DNA of 64,000 nucleotides from a virus: IMG/VR virus record IMGVR_UViG_3300035088_000014, positions 5,389 to 69,388 of that record; one strand, 5' to 3'. Shown piece by piece: positions 59,296 to 64,000 of this stretch (position 1 is its first letter; each line of letters starts with the position of its first letter). The notes under the pieces were generated by a model. It saw only the letters and a program-made list of their open reading frames with translations, ran no database searches and was not told where the DNA came from. The position numbers and the translations under genes were made by a program.

Positions 59296-60516
59296 ATGGC
59301 CAGGAGGCGGCATCAATGCCCAGCACCGTTTAAGCACGGTAATTGGTGGGTAATTAACTACCGCGTTGACGAGTTCAAAGATGGACAACTCGCGCGGACA
59401 CAGAAACAAGCGAAGCTGGCACCGGCCAGTTGGAAAATAAGAGCAGTACTAGATGAGCGGGACAAATTCATTGCTCCGCTCAATCATGGCAGTGTGGCGC
59501 CTGGAGCGGCTGTCACCTTTAAAGACTACGTGAGCCACGTTTACAGGCCGAACAAACTGCTGCTTCTCGAGGGCAGCAGTCGGGAACGCTATGAAAGCGT
59601 GCTCAGAACCTACCTCATTAACGCATTCGGAGAAAAGATGCTCAGGGAGTTGACCCCGGACACGGTGCAAACATTGTTCACGCGCCTGGCCGTTCAACCT
59701 CAGAGCTTCACCGTGGGCAAGAAAACCGTGTCGAGGATTCTGTCGCTGCAAAGTCGCCGGAAGGTCTGGACCGTATTTTCAAGCATCATGGCCGAAGCGA
59801 AAAAAGGTGGTCATCTAATGTTCAACCCGGCAGAGGGCATCGACCTGGGGCGGGATGTGCGCGGCAGGCATGGCCAGCCGTTCATTACACCGAAACAGTT
59901 CGAGTCTCTGCTGGCCATCATGCCAGAACCATACGCAACCATGGTCTACGTCTCAGTGTTCACCGGCTTGCGCGTTAGCGAGCTGGCCGCGCTGAAGTGG
60001 CGCAACCTGGACGGAAGGCTGCTGACGATCGAACAGAAGTACTCCCGCGGTCACTGGGGAGCGCCGAAGTCAGACGCCAGCAATACAACCATCGTGGTAG
60101 CGAAAAGCGTTATCGACCGGATCTTCGCGCTGAAAGGAATCACTGTCAGCGTCAGGGCTGGGAGTGGCACGCGGATTTACAAAGTGGTCAAAGCCGATGG
60201 TCCTGATGATCTGGTGTTTCAGGGAGTCAGGACTGGCGGCCCGCTGAACGATGGCAACGTGCTGCGGAGATTCATCAAACCAGCCGGCGAGAAGCTGGGA
60301 ATCGCGATAGTGAACTGGCAGGCTCTCCGGCGGTCAACCGCAACGTGGCACAAGAGGGCAGGCACGCACGTTAAGGATGCCCAGGCACTCATGCGCCATG
60401 AGCACGAATCAACAATGTTGAAACACTACACCCAGATCGAGACGGAAACCCAGATAGAAGCCGTTGACCGATTTGAGGCGTATTTCCGGCAGGAAGCAGC
60501 GCAAAGAGTGAATTGA
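59296..60516 (+). CDS. int: Tyrosine integrase
   Basis: TGLRVSEL (R), PKS (K), QALRR, MRH, HYTQ (Y); GGAG before MARRRHQ; frame open from 59200. Confidence 0.95.
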   Translation: MARRRHQCPAPFKHGNWWVINYRVDEFKDGQLARTQKQAKLAPASWKIRAVLDERDKFIAPLNHGSVAPGAAVTFKDYVSHVYRPNKLLLLEGSSRERYESVLRTYLINAFGEKMLRELTPDTVQTLFTRLAVQPQSFTVGKKTVSRILSLQSRRKVWTVFSSIMAEAKKGGHLMFNPAEGIDLGRDVRGRHGQPFITPKQFESLLAIMPEPYATMVYVSVFTGLRVSELAALKWRNLDGRLLTIEQKYSRGHWGAPKSDASNTTIVVAKSVIDRIFALKGITVSVRAGSGTRIYKVVKADGPDDLVFQGVRTGGPLNDGNVLRRFIKPAGEKLGIAIVNWQALRRSTATWHKRAGTHVKDAQALMRHEHESTMLKHYTQIETETQIEAVDRFEAYFRQEAAQRVN

Positions 60517-60518
60517 TT

Positions 60519-60717
60519 TGCTGACAAATGCTGACAAACCGAAACCTCTAACCTCTGTAAGTTGTTGCATTATGGTGGCCAGGGACGGAATCGAACCGCC
60601 GACGCCAGCCTTTTCAGGGCTGGATTCTTCCGAAGGTAAACTACTGATTCCAGTTCCTTTCCATTCCGATTTGCACACCATATAGAGCAATTTTTTGCTG
60701 ACAAAGTTGCTGACAGA
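60519..60717. repeat. Integrase arm-type sites flanking the att core
   Basis: TGCTGACAAA at 60519, 60529, 60696 and TGCTGACAGA at 60708. Confidence 0.8.
60573..60622 (-). other. attP core: 3' 50 nt of tRNA-Phe(GAA), not a complete tRNA
   Basis: CAGCC-CTGAAAA-GGCTG anticodon arm, GGCGG-TTCGATT-CCGTC T arm, ends CCTGGCCACCA; no D arm or 5' acceptor strand. Confidence 0.9.
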
Positions 60718-60764
60718 ACCGACGGATCCGTGGACTCGTCCCAGTCTTCACTTTCACCGTCCGG

Positions 60765-61256
60765 TTGCTACGAAGGGAAGCGATGATCGAACAGAAGCGC
60801 AGGCACGGCCAGGGCTCCATAAAATTGCGCGGCAAAACGTGGGTTCTATTTGTATCCAACCGCCGCAAGGGTTCTCGTGGGCCCGGGCAAAAATACATCA
60901 GGCTCGGGCACATCAAGGATATTCCAACCATAAAAGAGGCTGAAGCGGCGGCGGCCTACGTGGCCCACGTCGGGGCGACAACGGTAACGACACTACTACG
61001 CAGCCGTAACATATCGGAGCGGCCAAGCCTGCCCACCTTTTCAGCCGAATGGTTCATGCAGAAACTCATTGAACAGGAACACAAGTGCGCGATTTGTCGT
61101 CGCACACCGAAGCGCCTGGTCGTTGACCATGACCACGACGACGGCCAGAATCGCGGTCTTCTCTGTTCTTCTTGCAATAGCGGCATTGGCATGCTGAAGG
61201 ATGATATTGCGCTCCTTCGTGCTGCGGTCGCGTACCTAGAAAGTTACGGCAAATAG
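60765..61256 (+). CDS. Endonuclease VII-family protein with integrase-arm-like N-terminus
   Basis: CAIC..VDHDH...RGLLCSSCN.GIG..KDD. Confidence 0.85.
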   Translation: MLRREAMIEQKRRHGQGSIKLRGKTWVLFVSNRRKGSRGPGQKYIRLGHIKDIPTIKEAEAAAAYVAHVGATTVTTLLRSRNISERPSLPTFSAEWFMQKLIEQEHKCAICRRTPKRLVVDHDHDDGQNRGLLCSSCNSGIGMLKDDIALLRAAVAYLESYGK

Positions 61257-61311
61257 CGCTGCCCGCATTTGCGGGTAGTTTACGGCACACCTACGGCACA
61301 CCTGAAGGTTT

Positions 61312-62397
61312 ATGGCTGCGTACTACAACGAGATCGATCCGGAAAAGGCGGCATGGATACGAGAACTGATCAAGGCCAACGTGGTTGCGCCGGGAGATGT
61401 GGATGAGCGAGACATCAAAATTGTGCAACCCGAAGACCTCAGAGGATTCAAGCAATGCCACTTCTTTGCAGGAATCGCTGTTTGGTCCTACGCGCTCAGA
61501 CTCGCCGGCTGGCCCGACGAACGGCCCTGCTGGACGGGAAGTTGTCCCTGCCCAAGCTTCTCGTCGGCTGGCAAAGGGGAAGGGTTTGATGACCCTCGTC
61601 ACCTCTGGCCTGATTGGTATGGACTCATCCGCGAGTGCCGCCCTGGAACAGTTTTTGGTGAGCAGGTTGATGCAGCGATTAGACACGGCTGGCTCGACCT
61701 TGTTTGCGGAAACATGGAAGCGGAGAAGTACGCCATTGCGGCGGCGGTATTGGGAGCACACAGCGCGGGTGCGCCGCACATCCGGCAGCGACTGTACTTC
61801 TGTGCCCACACCACAAGTCCACGATGTGAGGAAGCGCGGCAACACGGAAGCGGATTGCCACTACTATCCGCACGATCTGAGCAACACGGCGGAATTGGCC
61901 AGCGTAGTGAGTCCAACGGCGCAGGATCACTCCCGCGGCGGGAAGCCAGCGCGGCCTTGGGACACCGGGATACCACTGACTCAACAGGTGGCTCTAGCGA
62001 CATGCGCGACACCAAGGAGCGAGGATTCGCAATGCACGGGAGCGCATCGGGGAACGCCAGACACGCTGCACTCACAAACGAAGCTGGCAGCGGTGACAAC
62101 GCCATCGGCACGCGACTGGAAGGACAGCTCGGGCATGAGCGAATCTGGCGTGGACCCGGATGGCTCGATCCGGTCGCGGCTCGATCAGCTACCGAGGCAG
62201 GCGCAACTCGCGGATTCTGGGCAGACTGCGACTGGTGGTACGGGCGAGACGGCAAGTATCGGCCAATTGAACCCGGACTATTCCCGCTGGCTCATGGGGC
62301 TACCAACCGTGTTCTCAAGCTGCGCGGATACGGCGATGCTATCAATGCGGAGGTCGCGAAAGCGTTCATCGAAAGTTATGCAGGAGTAAACGTCTAG
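61312..62397 (+). CDS. C5 cytosine DNA methyltransferase, alpha polypeptide
   Basis: Motif I FFAGI, IV SCPCPSFS, VI EQV, VIII HIRQRLY, X LRGYGDAI; no motif IX in this frame. Confidence 0.9.
   Translation: MAAYYNEIDPEKAAWIRELIKANVVAPGDVDERDIKIVQPEDLRGFKQCHFFAGIAVWSYALRLAGWPDERPCWTGSCPCPSFSSAGKGEGFDDPRHLWPDWYGLIRECRPGTVFGEQVDAAIRHGWLDLVCGNMEAEKYAIAAAVLGAHSAGAPHIRQRLYFCAHTTSPRCEEARQHGSGLPLLSARSEQHGGIGQRSESNGAGSLPRREASAALGHRDTTDSTGGSSDMRDTKERGFAMHGSASGNARHAALTNEAGSGDNAIGTRLEGQLGHERIWRGPGWLDPVAARSATEAGATRGFWADCDWWYGRDGKYRPIEPGLFPLAHGATNRVLKLRGYGDAINAEVAKAFIESYAGVNV
61403..62389 (+). CDS. Nested out-of-frame methyltransferase beta polypeptide (TRD-like repeats plus motif IX)
   Basis: Frame open 61385-62389; GGGAG before ATG 61403; four repeats; GQLNPDYSRWLMGLP. 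Confidence 0.7.
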   Translation: MSETSKLCNPKTSEDSSNATSLQESLFGPTRSDSPAGPTNGPAGREVVPAQASRRLAKGKGLMTLVTSGLIGMDSSASAALEQFLVSRLMQRLDTAGSTLFAETWKRRSTPLRRRYWEHTARVRRTSGSDCTSVPTPQVHDVRKRGNTEADCHYYPHDLSNTAELASVVSPTAQDHSRGGKPARPWDTGIPLTQQVALATCATPRSEDSQCTGAHRGTPDTLHSQTKLAAVTTPSARDWKDSSGMSESGVDPDGSIRSRLDQLPRQAQLADSGQTATGGTGETASIGQLNPDYSRWLMGLPTVFSSCADTAMLSMRRSRKRSSKVMQE

Positions 62398-62493
62398 TTT
62401 CCCAATTCGATACCAACACCAACGGGTGATTACTTATGAACCAAATAAAGCTACAATTCGTTCCAAGCCGCAACCTGCGGTCTGGAGCGCCAC

Positions 62494-62670
62494 ATGAAAT
62501 CTACATTAGGAAAAATTTATCTCACTCTCGCCGGGATAGTGTTCACCGCAACCCTTGCAGCAGCGTACAATCATCAATCGCGCCAGGTAGCCACACTCGG
62601 CCCAGCAGTAACACCGCAGCAGCTTTGTTGCGGCAATCCAATCTGTCCGCCGATCTGCCCGAAGAAATAG
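62494..62670 (+). CDS. 58-aa secreted Cys/Pro-rich peptide precursor (not in ORF track)
   Basis: GGAG 6 nt before ATG; MKSTLGKIYLTLAGIVFTATLAAA-YNHQSRQVATLGPAVTPQQLCCGNPICPPICPKK. Confidence 0.8.
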   Translation: MKSTLGKIYLTLAGIVFTATLAAAYNHQSRQVATLGPAVTPQQLCCGNPICPPICPKK

Positions 62671-62713
62671 TTTCAGTCTCGATAGGGTCGTGCTTGACGG
62701 GAGGCATGGCCCT

Positions 62714-63475
62714 ATGAATCTCGACTGGTTTCTCTGGATCACGGTTGCACTCGCCCAGGCCGCACTTTCAGTTATCGCTTTTCGCTCCAAGCAAAACACC
62801 GTCTGGTTCCGGCGGTACATCTACTTTGCCACGGCACAAACGCTGCTCCTGATGACAGCGGCCGTGGCCGGTGCGAGCCAGGGTCTATACTTCACAATCT
62901 ATTCATCGTGCGCGATCCTCGGCACTCTTCTCGCCCTGCTGGTCGTCGGCTCATTGTGGCGTCAAACCTTTGGCTCTCCTGCTTCGCTTCCGCCCGGTAC
63001 GCTGACACGATTCCGCACGCTGGTTTTAGCTATCGTCTGCCCGCTGACCGTGGTACTCATTAGTTTCTTCCGCGCGCACTCTGCGCATGCTTACTTCAAC
63101 TCACTTATCAACCTTGAAACCGTGGTTTTAAGCGCCTCCGGCGTCACTCTTGCCCTGATGGTTTTCTATTCAAAGCATCTGGGAATCTCGTGGCGCTCGA
63201 AGCAGGCGGGAATCTTAGGGGGATTCTTGTGGTGCTTTGGAACCAACTGGCTGGCCACTTTTTTGACCGGCCAGGAAATCATATCCATCTACGCCGCCCA
63301 GCGTATAGGGCAGGTGGCGTACTTGATCTCACTCATTGTCTGGGCTCGCGTTCTACTGGAGAAGGAGCGCGACCCGGGGGTTATCGCCGATGAACAACTT
63401 GATCGCGTACTGCACGAATTTGGTCTCGCAGAAATGTTTGGTGCCAGGCTAAGGGTAAGGCCAACTCATACCTAA
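62714..63475 (+). CDS. Seven-TM membrane protein, candidate peptide receptor
   Basis: GGAGG RBS; seven hydrophobic segments, short charged C-tail, no kinase domain. Confidence 0.8.
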   Translation: MNLDWFLWITVALAQAALSVIAFRSKQNTVWFRRYIYFATAQTLLLMTAAVAGASQGLYFTIYSSCAILGTLLALLVVGSLWRQTFGSPASLPPGTLTRFRTLVLAIVCPLTVVLISFFRAHSAHAYFNSLINLETVVLSASGVTLALMVFYSKHLGISWRSKQAGILGGFLWCFGTNWLATFLTGQEIISIYAAQRIGQVAYLISLIVWARVLLEKERDPGVIADEQLDRVLHEFGLAEMFGARLRVRPTHT

Positions 63476-63503
63476 AAAGCCCGAAAGTTTAGATGAGGTT
63501 CCG

Positions 63504-63923
63504 ATGATTCTGGCCATGAACGGCAAAGAACAATTTGTAATGCTACAGCGGTTCGTTGTTGAGCAGGAAAAGATACCAGTGAAGTACCCCGATCTGCTTG
63601 ACCGGAAAGAATGGATGATTTACATGGGGCAAATAAAGCAGAAGTCGAGACTGGCGGTTGAACTTTTAGACAAGCTCGACGACTCACTCACCGATGACAG
63701 CGAGTTGACGTTCCACGTCATTGAAGCCCGGGTCCAGGGTGTGGAAACGCACCGGATGGCCAACAGCCTGTACCTGACCGGGGTATTCAGGAAAGTAACG
63801 TCAATCTCGGCCAAAGGGGAGCGGGTTCGAGCGCAGTATGATATTTTGAGTGAGCTCATAAAACACGTGTTTATGTTGCTCGGAAAGGCGGACTTGATTG
63901 CCCGTATCAGCCGAGCAATGTAA
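63504..63923 (+). CDS. Helical cytoplasmic protein, third gene of the peptide/7TM module
   Basis: GAGG upstream; 28 nt after the 7TM stop; amphipathic helices. Confidence 0.7.
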   Translation: MILAMNGKEQFVMLQRFVVEQEKIPVKYPDLLDRKEWMIYMGQIKQKSRLAVELLDKLDDSLTDDSELTFHVIEARVQGVETHRMANSLYLTGVFRKVTSISAKGERVRAQYDILSELIKHVFMLLGKADLIARISRAM

Positions 63924-64000
63924 CGAGAGAAGAAGTACTTTGCCCAAGAGAGAACCACCGGAGACTCAGGCCGGCGGGAGCATCGAGGACACGATACTCC

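Larger units (their letters stand above)
1..64000. mobile_element. Temperate podovirus-like phage genome, apparently non-integrated (attP internal); probable Acidobacteriota host
   Basis: Portal, capsid, terminase, integrase and replication genes present; no tape-measure or sheath gene recognised; phage genes on both sides of the tRNA fragment; no host genes. Confidence 0.9.

Noticed and set aside
60573-60650. Functional tRNA-Phe gene
   Set aside because: 5' acceptor strand and D arm are missing; it is an att core
61599-62255. 218-aa minus-strand ORF in the methyltransferase
   Set aside because: Antisense shadow of a GC-rich, doubly coding region; no motifs
62436-62717. 93-aa ORF from the track
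   Set aside because: No RBS or recognisable features; the overlapping 58-aa frame has an RBS, a signal peptide and a Cys motif
1-64000. CRISPR array, diversity-generating retroelement, retron or rRNA
   Set aside because: No regularly spaced repeats, reverse transcriptase motifs or rRNA-like sequence noticed by eye

Overview
The whole 64 kb reads as one temperate, podovirus-like bacteriophage genome with no host housekeeping genes. The host is probably Acidobacteriota (inferred from the attP tRNA fragment and protein styles, not proven). Layout: (i) 165-41119 (+) small genes, a lysis cassette, three signal-peptide-bearing fibre/spike-like proteins, portal, scaffold, major capsid, tail and ejection proteins including a 1916-aa polyvalent protein with GGDEF and ParB-like domains, then TerS and TerL; an intact IS1595-family element sits just behind the capsid terminator. 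(ii) 41129-58392 (-) early/replication arm with GH71/99-like hydrolase, RusA, Fis-like HTH, DnaC-like loader beside a DnaA-box array, Mom-like enzyme, recombination genes, HNH nucleases and a LexA-N-like regulator behind divergent sigma70 promoters. (iii) 58597-63923 (+) tyrosine integrase, attP (3' half of tRNA-Phe with arm repeats), endonuclease VII, a two-frame nested C5 methyltransferase and a three-gene module. That module is the top candidate for an undescribed system: a secreted 58-aa Cys/Pro-rich peptide missed by the ORF track, a 7-TM protein and a helical cytoplasmic protein, possibly a phage peptide-signalling system. All calls are by eye from motifs and gene order; no searches were run.
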